NCBI GenBank assembly: GCA_963422375.2
Contig: OY729427.2
Span: 704,001 to 768,000, forward strand
DNA: 64,000 nucleotides
Origin: Bryobacterales bacterium
GTDB lineage: Bacteria > Acidobacteriota > Terriglobia > Bryobacterales > UBA6623
Direction of reading: 5' to 3'
Shown: positions 55,422-64,000 of the stretch, piece by piece
How the letters are laid out: each line of letters begins with the position of its first letter
Position numbering within the stretch: the stretch's first letter is position 1
Program-made: the position numbers and the translations under genes
The notes under the pieces: generated by a model
Told to the model about the DNA's origin: nothing
The model's input: the letters and a program-made list of their open reading frames with translations, nothing else
The model's database searches: none

Positions 55422-56576
55422 CTAGCCGAAGATGGCCGCCAAGGCCGGCAGGCCGTAAAAGAGAACCAGAAGGTACGAGACTGCGAGCACCTTCGACTTG
55501 GTCGCGATGTCGGCGAACTGCCGGACCAGGCCGAGCAGGAAATGCCTCACTGGCGGCCAAGGATAGATCAGCAGGGTCGCGGCAAGATTGAACGCGAGGT
55601 GCGTCAGCGCGATCTCGATGCCCGCTTGGGCGTTCGGGCCGGACACCGCGAGCGAGGCCATGAGCGCAGTGAGGGTCGTGCCGACATTCGCGCCAATGGT
55701 TACCGGAAACGCCTGCTCGAGGGTGATGATGCCCACTCCCGCGAGCGGCACCAGCAGCGACGTCGTGATCGAACTCGACTGCACCATGGCCGTGATCAAG
55801 CAGCCCGCGCCGAGGGCCAGCGGGGCGGAACGCCCGAGCGCCCGCCCCAAGAATTGCTCGGCCCTGGAAAGCAGCGCCGAGTGCAGGACTCGCACGATCA
55901 GCATCAAGGCAAGGAAGATCAGCATCCCGCTCGCCAGCACGAGCACCGCGCCCTGCCCGTGTGGGGACTCGAACAGCCGCCCGGCAATCGCCTTGAAGGG
56001 AGCGACGGCAAGCTTGAGCAGGCTCGGCAGCGGGTTGTCGAACGATCCGCCGGCGACCACGTCGAGGCGGCCGGCTAGCGCCGCCGCCAGGCTCGACAGG
56101 AATCCGGTCGCTATCTCCAGCGGCAGCAGGACAAGCACGCTGAGGTAGTTGAAGAAGTCGTGGCAGGTCGCCACTGAGAAGGCCCGCCGAAACTCTTCCG
56201 GCCGACCCATATGGGCCAGAGAGACGAGCGTGTTGGTGACGGTGGTTCCGATGTTGGCTCCCATGATCATCGGCACCGCGTTGGCCAGCGGCAGCGGGTT
56301 CTCGGGAGCGGCCACCAAGCCCACGACCATCGAGGTCGTCACGGACGAGCTCTGCACGAGCGTGGTCGTCAGCAGGCCGACCATGAGAGCGACGAAGGGG
56401 TTCTCGGTAGCGCTGAAGAATGCGTCTAGGAGGTTCCCGCCGAGCAGCTTGAATCCGTCCCCCAGGCCGCTTACGCCGGCTAGGAAGACGAACAGGAGGC
56501 AGAAGACGACGAGGCCGGCCAGCGCCGGAGTGGGCTTGTCGGGCCCCTCGGTCGAACCGACGGGGTCGGAACTCAT
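55422..56576 (-). CDS. Na/Pi cotransporter family protein
   Basis: Two QSSS motifs each followed by GANIGTT/GANVGTT; many TM helices; RBS before ATG 56576. Confidence 0.92.
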   Translation of the reverse strand: MSSDPVGSTEGPDKPTPALAGLVVFCLLFVFLAGVSGLGDGFKLLGGNLLDAFFSATENPFVALMVGLLTTTLVQSSSVTTSMVVGLVAAPENPLPLANAVPMIMGANIGTTVTNTLVSLAHMGRPEEFRRAFSVATCHDFFNYLSVLVLLPLEIATGFLSSLAAALAGRLDVVAGGSFDNPLPSLLKLAVAPFKAIAGRLFESPHGQGAVLVLASGMLIFLALMLIVRVLHSALLSRAEQFLGRALGRSAPLALGAGCLITAMVQSSSITTSLLVPLAGVGIITLEQAFPVTIGANVGTTLTALMASLAVSGPNAQAGIEIALTHLAFNLAATLLIYPWPPVRHFLLGLVRQFADIATKSKVLAVSYLLVLFYGLPALAAIFG

Positions 56577-56685
56577 CGCTTCCTTGCGCGACGGGTGGCG
56601 AGGCTTCGACGGATTCGGGTTGCCGCACCAAGGCGCAACCCCCGGAAGCACTCGCTTCGCCCGCATGAGGGGAAGCTCCTAGTGC

Positions 56686-57516
56686 CTACCATGCGTACTC
56701 GGGTTCGCGACCGGCGTCCTGCTGCACGAGCGGCAGGGAAGGTGCCGCGCCGGAATCGCGACTGTCTTCCGCCGGGCGGGGCTCCCGGGGAAGGAAGCGC
56801 CTGTCGAGCAGCCGGTCCGTGTCGATATTCCCCATGGCCGCGAGCAGGTTATCCGGCACGTGCGGGTTGTCGCGCGCAAGCTCGCCGAGAAATCCCCGCA
56901 GCTTCTCGCGGACCGTGCCCGTCTTGTGAGAACAAACGCAGGGAGTCACGGGCAGGCCGGCTTCCTCAACGTATCCGCGGGTGATCTCCTCGGAGACGTA
57001 GGCCAAAGGGCGGATCAGGCGGAAGTCGCCCGATCGCGACACGGTCACGGGCGGCAGCGCACTCAACCGGCCCGTGAAGAGAGCGTTGCGCAGCAGCGCC
57101 TCGCACAGGTCGTCGGCCGTGTGCCCCAATGCGACGACGTTGCATCCCATCTTCGACGCGACATCGTAGACCGCACGGCGGCGGTAGCGACTGCAGGTGT
57201 CGCAGCCGTGGCCGGGCTGGTCGGCCAGCAGCTGCAGCGAAGGCTCGTCCCGGTAATAGGTCCAGCGGATGCCCCGTCCGGCCAGCACTTCCCGGAGGGG
57301 CTCCACCGGGCGGACGAACTTGCCCTGTTCGATCGTGAACGCCTGCAGGGAGAACTTCACCGGCGAGCGTCGCGAGAGCAATTGCAGCGCGTCCAGCAGG
57401 GCCAGCGAGTCCTTGCCCCCGGACAGCCCGACCGCGATCCGGTCGCCTTCCCGGACCATGCCGAAGTCCGCGATGGCCTTCCCTGTCTTGCGCAGCAGTG
57501 ATTTGCGGTGACTCAC
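56686..57516 (-). CDS. ttcA: tRNA 2-thiocytidine(32) synthetase TtcA
   Basis: SGGKDS PP-loop, CDTC, LGHTADD and LIRPL motifs. Confidence 0.85.
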   Translation of the reverse strand: MSHRKSLLRKTGKAIADFGMVREGDRIAVGLSGGKDSLALLDALQLLSRRSPVKFSLQAFTIEQGKFVRPVEPLREVLAGRGIRWTYYRDEPSLQLLADQPGHGCDTCSRYRRRAVYDVASKMGCNVVALGHTADDLCEALLRNALFTGRLSALPPVTVSRSGDFRLIRPLAYVSEEITRGYVEEAGLPVTPCVCSHKTGTVREKLRGFLGELARDNPHVPDNLLAAMGNIDTDRLLDRRFLPREPRPAEDSRDSGAAPSLPLVQQDAGREPEYAW

Positions 57517-57558
57517 GTGCCGAGACCGGGCCCGAAAGTCATTATAATTGCCCGCGGA

Positions 57559-58338
57559 TCAGCCGCTTGGCTCGGAGCGACGCCGAATCGAGCGTGCCAT
57601 GCCGGTGGACTCGTCCACGTCGATCACGACCGCGTTCACGCCGACCGGGCCGCTGGCGGGCTGGAAGCGCGACGGTCGCGCCGTGAGGAACCGCTTCAGA
57701 GACGATTCCACCCCCATTCCGATAATCGAGTTGACGGGACCCGTCATGCCGACGTCGGTGATGTAGGCGGTGCCGGACGGCAGGACCCTCTCGTCCGCGG
57801 TCGGAACGTGCGTGTGAGTGCCGACCACCGCGCTGACCCGGCCGTCAAGGTAGCGTCCGAACGCCGTCTTCTCGCTCGTGACTTCGGCGTGAAAATCCAC
57901 GAAGCGCACCTTGACGTCGCCGCCGACCGCCTCCAGCAGGCGGTCGGCGCAGCGGAACGGGCAGTCGGTATGGGGCATGTAGACGCGCCCTTGCAGGTTG
58001 AGGACGGCGTAGGGCACCGCCGAGTCCGTGAGGCCGACGTAGAATCCGGCACCGGGCGCCTCGGGATAGTTGGCGGGCCGCAGCAGCCTAGCTTGGTGGT
58101 CGAAGTACGGAAGGATTTCCTTCTTATCCCAGATGTGATTCCCGGAAGTCAGCACGTGAATCCCGGCGGCAAGGAGTTGGTCGGCGATGCGCGGGGTGGT
58201 GCCGAATCCCGCGGCCGAGTTCTCGCAATTCGCGATGACGAGGTCGATCCCCTCGTCGCTCACCAGCCCCTGCAGGACGGACAGCAGAGCCTGCCGACCG
58301 GGCCTGCCGACGATGTCGCCTACGAACAGAATGCGCAC
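57559..58338 (-). CDS. ymdB: TIGR00282/YmdB-like metallophosphoesterase
   Basis: GDIVG, NCEN, TSGNH, DFHAEVTSEK, GTHTHV and TDVGMTG motifs. Confidence 0.92.
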   Translation of the reverse strand: MRILFVGDIVGRPGRQALLSVLQGLVSDEGIDLVIANCENSAAGFGTTPRIADQLLAAGIHVLTSGNHIWDKKEILPYFDHQARLLRPANYPEAPGAGFYVGLTDSAVPYAVLNLQGRVYMPHTDCPFRCADRLLEAVGGDVKVRFVDFHAEVTSEKTAFGRYLDGRVSAVVGTHTHVPTADERVLPSGTAYITDVGMTGPVNSIIGMGVESSLKRFLTARPSRFQPASGPVGVNAVVIDVDESTGMARSIRRRSEPSG

Positions 58339-58428
58339 GGGCTGGAATGCCCAGTCTAGCGCGGGCTCCGGGCCGGGAGGCCCCTCGCCTCCGGAGACGA
58401 CCGGCAGGCGAGTCGGGGGTGGAATCCG

Positions 58429-59844
58429 TCAAGCCCGCGGCGCCGGATAGCTCACCCTAGCGGCGGCCGGCCTGCCCGGGAAGGGGTCTCCGGTCTGGCG
58501 GGCATGGCGTCTCAAGCCCTCGAGCAGCGGCTCGCAAAGTCTCCGATGGACGGGATCCGCGGCCAAGTCGCGCATCTCCAAGGGGTCATCGCGGAGATCG
58601 TACAGGCTCACGAACTCCTCCTGGCCTGCGCGCCGGGTCAGCTTGTGGCGGTCGGTGACGATCGCCCGCCACGGCGCTTGGTGCGGGCTGTTCCCGTTCC
58701 CCGAGGCGCTCCGGGCGCTCGCGACCTTGCCCTCGCAATACACGGATTCCGGGCGAGGGGCGCTCTCTACGCCGGTGACGGCGGCCGAGAGATCCAGCCC
58801 CGCGCACGAATCCTGCGCGGGCAGGCCGCAGACGGAGAGCAGCGTCGGCATCAAGTCCACCGAGCTGACGAGCGTCCGCAGACCGATGCCGGCCGGGATG
58901 CGACCGGGGAGACGCATGAGCAGCGGCACGTGCAGCGATTCGTCCAGCGGCTGCCCCTTGCGGTACATGCCGTGCGAGCCCGCCAGTTCACCGTGGTCGG
59001 AAGTGAAGACCACAAGCGTGCTCTCGGCCAAGCCGGCCTCGTCCAAGAATGCCATCAGCCGACCCATCTGGTGATCCAGCGACTCGCAAAGCCCGTAGTA
59101 GCCGGCGAGCTCTTTGGCCGCTCGCTCGCGATGCTCGGCGGGAACGTTCGCCCGCGGGACGATCTCCCCGGGCTGGTACCGGTCGTGCGACCGCGGCGGC
59201 CGGAACGGCGTGTGGGGAGGTCCCCACGATAGGAAGCACACGAACGGGCGGTCCCGATTCCGCCGCATGAAATCGATTGCGAGGCCGGTCTGCAGCTCGG
59301 GCTCGTAGTACGGATCCGGCAGCGCGGCCCTGCGGGCCGCCAGCGGCTCGCCGCGATCTTCGAAGCCCCAAGTCTCGTGATAGACGTGCCCTCGATTGAA
59401 GCCCTCAAACGTCTCGAACCCCCGGCGGCGCCAGCCCGGAGGAACGAATCCCGGCTTGGCGTCGCCGTCCAAGTGCCACTTGCCGACGTAATGCGTCGCA
59501 TAGCCATGCGACCGAAACACTTCCGGCCAGCACACCTCGTCCGGCGGGAGCTGGAGGTCGTTGCGAATCATGCCGGTCTGGTGGGAGTGGCGGCCGGTCA
59601 GGATGCAGGCCCTGTTGGGAGAGCAGACCGGATTCGAAGCGTAAGCTCGGTGCCAGTTGGCACCCTGGGCGGCCAAGCGGTCGAAGTTGGGCGTCCGCAC
59701 GACCGCGTCGGAGCCGAAGCCGAACGCGCTCCGACGCCATTGGTCGGCGAGTACGAAGAGCACGTTGGGGCGCTCGGGCTCGGCGCCGCCGGCCAGCGCA
59801 CCCGCACCGAGCGCGGCAGACGCGAGAAAACCCCGCCGATCCAT
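58429..59844 (-). CDS. Tat-exported sulfatase
   Basis: MDRRGFL, CSPNR, GKWHL, PPH and SDHG motifs. Confidence 0.92.
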   Translation of the reverse strand: MDRRGFLASAALGAGALAGGAEPERPNVLFVLADQWRRSAFGFGSDAVVRTPNFDRLAAQGANWHRAYASNPVCSPNRACILTGRHSHQTGMIRNDLQLPPDEVCWPEVFRSHGYATHYVGKWHLDGDAKPGFVPPGWRRRGFETFEGFNRGHVYHETWGFEDRGEPLAARRAALPDPYYEPELQTGLAIDFMRRNRDRPFVCFLSWGPPHTPFRPPRSHDRYQPGEIVPRANVPAEHRERAAKELAGYYGLCESLDHQMGRLMAFLDEAGLAESTLVVFTSDHGELAGSHGMYRKGQPLDESLHVPLLMRLPGRIPAGIGLRTLVSSVDLMPTLLSVCGLPAQDSCAGLDLSAAVTGVESAPRPESVYCEGKVASARSASGNGNSPHQAPWRAIVTDRHKLTRRAGQEEFVSLYDLRDDPLEMRDLAADPVHRRLCEPLLEGLRRHARQTGDPFPGRPAAARVSYPAPRA

Positions 59845-60524
59845 TCCCGACACGGGATGGAGTCTAGCACAAGGCGCTCCGACTCCCCACGGCGGCGCTG
59901 TCCCGAGTCTCATCCCCGGCACGGTTCCGCCTCGCCCGCGAAGCGCCGGGAACCGCAACGCTTGGCCGGGTAGGTCGCCGCTTCTCAACAGCCAAGCAAC
60001 CGTGGCAGACCTCGCCGAACTCTCCCGTCCAATTCCGCGTGCGACGCTACGGAGTGGACATCCTCCGCGACGGAGGGTGGCGGCCGCCGTTGCATCGACC
60101 GCCTGCCAAGGGCTGGCGCTCGGGAAGCTCGCCTGCTTAGGTCTCATTCCGCGGAAAGCGGTCGGAGCGGTCGACTGGCGAATTCGATTGGGACGCAACC
60201 GCACCCGGCGAGTGTCCCCCGGCGGTTCCCCGCTCGGTCCGCGAGAACGCGACGCGAACGGCCCGCGCGCCGGCGACAGCCCTGTCGGTCCCATAGGACG
60301 TCCTCCGCGCAGTGCAAGCGGAGTCCGGGACCTGATTTCGACCATGCGAGCGCAGTCGGGACAGATTTGCGCTCCATTCGCGGGCCGATGTGCGGAGGTC
60401 GGGACTTGTCCCCCGCTGGCACCGACGAGTCAGTCCCCCCCGAACAGCCAGGTCGTGTCCGCGGCGAGTGAGCCCGCCACGGAGAACACACTGGCGCGAA
60501 GGCCCTTGGCACCAATGCGGCCGC

Positions 60525-61304
60525 TCAGGAGAGCCGCACGAGTTCGTCGCCGAGGCTCAGCGTCTTCCCGGCCTGCCCGGGAGCCAGCACGGTGTTCACG
60601 GCAAGACGGTAGTAGTGGCCGTAGGATTCAATTGCGGAATCCCGCCGCCGAAACCGCCGTCTGAAGACTGCGAAGCGGGCGGCCGACAGCTCACCCTGGC
60701 CGGCTCCGCCGCGCGAGTCTAGAGTCGGGACGACGCACCTTGCGCACGGATTCGTCGCTTGGAAATCCACCTCGCCGATGCGGAACGGTCGTGCGCCTCC
60801 GGGAGGCCCGAAGAGCAGGTCTTCCTCGAACGGCTCGAGACCCTCGATCTCAAGGTTCGCGCGGAACCGCCGGCGCACCTCTCCAAGGGACATTCCGAAC
60901 CAGCCCGCGACCGTCGCGATCGATCCCGTACCGAGCAGCGTCGGCCCCGTAGCCTCGGCATCGTCGGGAAATCCCGGCCGGGAATCCCGCCTGATCGTCA
61001 CCGATTCCCCGAGCGCCCGGCTGAAGAAAGATCCCATGTCCGCGCGTGAGGTAGCCAGCTCGCACTGCAGCCGCTCGCTTCCCGCCGCCAGCTCGACGCG
61101 GCGCCCGCACTCGCCGTATTCGGCGCGGATCGATAGAATCCGCGACCCCAGCCGCTTCGCGTTGAGCACGCGCCCGCGAGCGTCGAACAGGGCGTATTCC
61201 CGGTCGCCAACCAAGCCGGCCCCTTCCGCCATCCGCACGCGTTCGGCACCCATGCAGGGCAGCGACTTGATGGGGTATACCGAGATTCGCGCGAGCCGAG
61301 CCAT
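60525..61304 (-). CDS. MOSC domain protein
   Basis: VYPIKS, GDREYAL, RRFRANL and PCARCVVPT motifs. Confidence 0.88.
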   Translation of the reverse strand: MARLARISVYPIKSLPCMGAERVRMAEGAGLVGDREYALFDARGRVLNAKRLGSRILSIRAEYGECGRRVELAAGSERLQCELATSRADMGSFFSRALGESVTIRRDSRPGFPDDAEATGPTLLGTGSIATVAGWFGMSLGEVRRRFRANLEIEGLEPFEEDLLFGPPGGARPFRIGEVDFQATNPCARCVVPTLDSRGGAGQGELSAARFAVFRRRFRRRDSAIESYGHYYRLAVNTVLAPGQAGKTLSLGDELVRLS

Positions 61305-61521
61305 CGCCGAGCAGCGACCGTGCCGAATCTTATCTTCGCACCCGGGCTTCCGCCGGAACGCGCTGCTCCGGTTTGGTATTCTACCCACCCCGGGCGTTCC
61401 TGTAGCCGGGGTTGGCCGCCGGACCCTCCGGCTCTGCCTAGCAGGGCGCCTTCCCGGCTCGACGCGCTTCCGGCAGCATGTAACGGCGTGCTAGCGCACT
61501 CCCGCAAATCGTAGGATTCCC

Positions 61522-64000
61522 GTGCGTTCCGTCGCTCCCGCTCGCCGAGTCGCTGTCGAGACCGCCGTGCTGGAAGCAGTCAGGGCGCTGCTGCGCGAGG
61601 TCGGGTCGGCGCAGGCCGCGGAGAGCGCGTCCCTGCGCTCCTCGCTCGACCGGGACCTGGGCCTAGGCAGTCTCGAGCGCGTCGAGCTGCTCGTCCGGCT
61701 GGAGTCCGCACTCGGAGTGCGCCTGCCGGAGTCCGGGGCGCAAGCGGCCGAAACGCCGGCGGACTGGGTCCAAACGATTGTAGCCGCGCAGGCGGGCCCG
61801 CCCGCGAACGCCCGCCGGCCAATCACACAGCCGGACCGGGAAGCGCAGCCGCCTCCGGCCGACTCCGCCACCTTCGACGAGGTGCTGCGACGGCAGGCGG
61901 AACGCGACCCAGGCCGTGTCCACATCCATCTGCTAGACCAAGACTGGGGCACGGACATCAGCTGCGGGGAATTGTACGCGCGCGCGTGCGACGTGGCATC
62001 CGGCTTGGCCGCGTCGGGCCTGAGACCCGGAGAGACGGTCGGCATCATGCTGCCCACGTGCAGCGACTTCTTCAGCAGCTTCCTCGGCGTGACCCTCGCC
62101 GGGGGCATCGCCGTGCCCGTCTACCCCCCGACGAGGGCCAATCAGATAGAGGAGTACATCCGCCGGCAGTCGCTCATCCTGAGAAACGCCGGGATCCGGT
62201 TCCTGATCTCGTTCGACCGGATCCGGGCCGTGGCGAGCGCACTCGAGAGCGGCCTGCCGTCGCTGCGAGAAGTAGTCGGAGCAGGCGAGCTCGCGAGCCG
62301 GGGCAGGAGCCTGCCGCCACCCGGGGTCGAGCCGCCGGAAACCTTCTTCATCCAGTACACATCCGGGAGCACGGGAGACCCGAAAGGCGTCACGCTGACG
62401 CACTCCAACGTGCTTGCGAACATCCGCGGAATCGGCTTCGCGGTGGAAGCGAGGCCCACGGACACGGTCGTGTCGTGGCTGCCCCTGTACCACGACATGG
62501 GCCTGATCGGGTCCTGGCTCTTCAGCCTCTACCACGGTTTCCCGATTACCATCCTCTCCCCGATCGACTTCCTGGTGCGGCCCGAGCGCTGGCTCTGGGC
62601 CTTGAGCGACTCGCGAGGAACGCTTTGCCCGGCCCCCAACTTCGCCTTCGAACTGTGCGTCCGCAAGATCAGGGATGACGCGCTCGAGGGAGTGGACCTG
62701 TCGCGTTGGCGGGTCGCGATCAACGCGGGCGAGCCCGTGCTGCCGGCGACCCTCGACAGGTTCAGCGAGCGATTCCGGCCGTGGGGCTTTGACCGGCGGA
62801 GCCTGATGCCGTTCTACGGGCTGGCGGAGTCCTCCGTCGCGCTCACCTACCCGCCGTTCTGGCGGGGGCCCGTGGTGGACCGGATCGAGCGCCCTGCCTT
62901 CGAGGCGGAGGGGCGGGCGGTGCCGACGCAGGCCGCGGGCTCCGCGGACGTACAGGAGTTCGTGGGCAACGGCCGCCCGCTGCCCGGCCACGAAGTGCGC
63001 GTGGCGGACGACGCCGGCCGGGAACTGCCCGACCGGCGTCGCGGACGGATCCTCTTCCGCGGCCCGTCCCGCACGAACGGGTACTTCCGCAACCGCGAGG
63101 CCACGGCCTCCGTGCTAGACGCGTGCGGGTGGATGGACTCGGGCGATCTGGGGTACCGGGTCGGCGGGGAGCTCTACGTCACCGGCCGCCTGAAGGACTG
63201 CATTATCAAGGGCGGCCGCAACGTCATCCCGCAGGATATCGAGATGGCGGCCTGGAAGGTGGACGGAGTCCGCAAGGGCTGCGTCGCGGCCTTCGGCTGC
63301 ATCGATAGCGAAACCGGCACCGAGAAACTCGTCGTGGTGGCCGAGACGCGCGCGACCGACAGCGCGCGCAAGCGGCGCATTCGCGCGGAAGTGACGGAGG
63401 CGGTCGCCAGCGACGTCGGTATCCCTCCCGACGACGTGGTCCTCGCCCATCCGGGCTTCGTGCCCAAGACCTCGAGCGGCAAGATCCAGCGGACCGCGAC
63501 CCGCCGGCTCTACGAGTCCGGCTTGACGGGCGCCCGGTCCGGGACACCGGCATGGATGCAGCTGGCAAGGGTCTGGATGCGCGGGACGGCGGGCACGTCC
63601 GGCCGGGCCATCTCGCGTGTCGGGGCCCGCTCCGTCGAGGCCGCGGCCGCGTTGCTCGGCGGATTGGCGGCCGCTGCATTCGGACTGCTGGCGCGGCTGG
63701 CCCCGACGCCCGCGGGCGCCCGGCGTTTCGTGTCCCCGGGCGCTAGGATCACCGCCCGCCTGGCCGGTGCGCGGGTGCGGGGCCGCGTGGCGTGCAACGG
63801 GGCCAAGATGCTGCTAGTCAGCCGCGCGTCGCGGCTGGACCCTTTGGTGGTGGCCGCAGCGGTCGACGCGCCCTTCGTGTTCGCCGATTCCACCGGCTTT
63901 TCAGGCCTCGGACCCGCGCAGGCGTTCCTGCTCGAGCCGCTCGTCGCCGGCACGAACGGCGGCCGCCGAATGGTCGGCGCCAACGGCTCGCACCCGCAGG
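61522..64000 (+). CDS. ACP + fatty acyl-AMP ligase + acyltransferase-like fusion protein (3'-partial; absent from the ORF track)
   Basis: Hand translation from GTG 61522: DLGLGSLERVEL (carrier Ser), IQYTSGSTGDPKG, SWLPLYHDMGLIG, YGLAE, DSGDLG and PKTSSGKIQR; no stop seen before the window end. Confidence 0.88.
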   Translation, partial: MRSVAPARRVAVETAVLEAVRALLREVGSAQAAESASLRSSLDRDLGLGSLERVELLVRLESALGVRLPESGAQAAETPADWVQTIVAAQAGPPANARRPITQPDREAQPPPADSATFDEVLRRQAERDPGRVHIHLLDQDWGTDISCGELYARACDVASGLAASGLRPGETVGIMLPTCSDFFSSFLGVTLAGGIAVPVYPPTRANQIEEYIRRQSLILRNAGIRFLISFDRIRAVASALESGLPSLREVVGAGELASRGRSLPPPGVEPPETFFIQYTSGSTGDPKGVTLTHSNVLANIRGIGFAVEARPTDTVVSWLPLYHDMGLIGSWLFSLYHGFPITILSPIDFLVRPERWLWALSDSRGTLCPAPNFAFELCVRKIRDDALEGVDLSRWRVAINAGEPVLPATLDRFSERFRPWGFDRRSLMPFYGLAESSVALTYPPFWRGPVVDRIERPAFEAEGRAVPTQAAGSADVQEFVGNGRPLPGHEVRVADDAGRELPDRRRGRILFRGPSRTNGYFRNREATASVLDACGWMDSGDLGYRVGGELYVTGRLKDCIIKGGRNVIPQDIEMAAWKVDGVRKGCVAAFGCIDSETGTEKLVVVAETRATDSARKRRIRAEVTEAVASDVGIPPDDVVLAHPGFVPKTSSGKIQRTATRRLYESGLTGARSGTPAWMQLARVWMRGTAGTSGRAISRVGARSVEAAAALLGGLAAAAFGLLARLAPTPAGARRFVSPGARITARLAGARVRGRVACNGAKMLLVSRASRLDPLVVAAAVDAPFVFADSTGFSGLGPAQAFLLEPLVAGTNGGRRMVGANGSHPQ

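Noticed and set aside
58339..58428. 6S RNA next to ymdB
   Set aside because: The gap is only about 90 bp and the usual rny/zapA context is absent.

Overview
High-GC bacterial chromosome segment. Gene content (lpxA-lpxI, mqnD, a large TonB-dependent receptor, a DUF1549/1553 + DUF1501 pair, sulfatases) suggests an Acidobacteriota/Bryobacterales-like organism; this is inferred, not determined. Most of the window is housekeeping and catabolic genes: thiC, glgC, addAB-like, tkt, metX, tsaB, topA, ttcA, ymdB, a polyprenyl synthase and an ACP-FAAL fusion. Accessory and decaying material comprises: (i) a 9.9-12.9 kb island with an MmeI-like RM remnant, an IS1595 remnant and two diverged copies of an unknown ~0.5 kb small-protein module; (ii) a Fic pseudogene interrupted by an IS1595 and by a 255-bp MITE carrying tandem NrdR-box-like operators; (iii) a second IS1595, an ISNCY element reading in frame into metX, and a truncated IS1380. 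The IS transposases show directional A/T->G/C decay plus short tandem duplications. No rRNA, tRNA, CRISPR array or riboswitch was seen. All family assignments come from motif recognition, not database searches.
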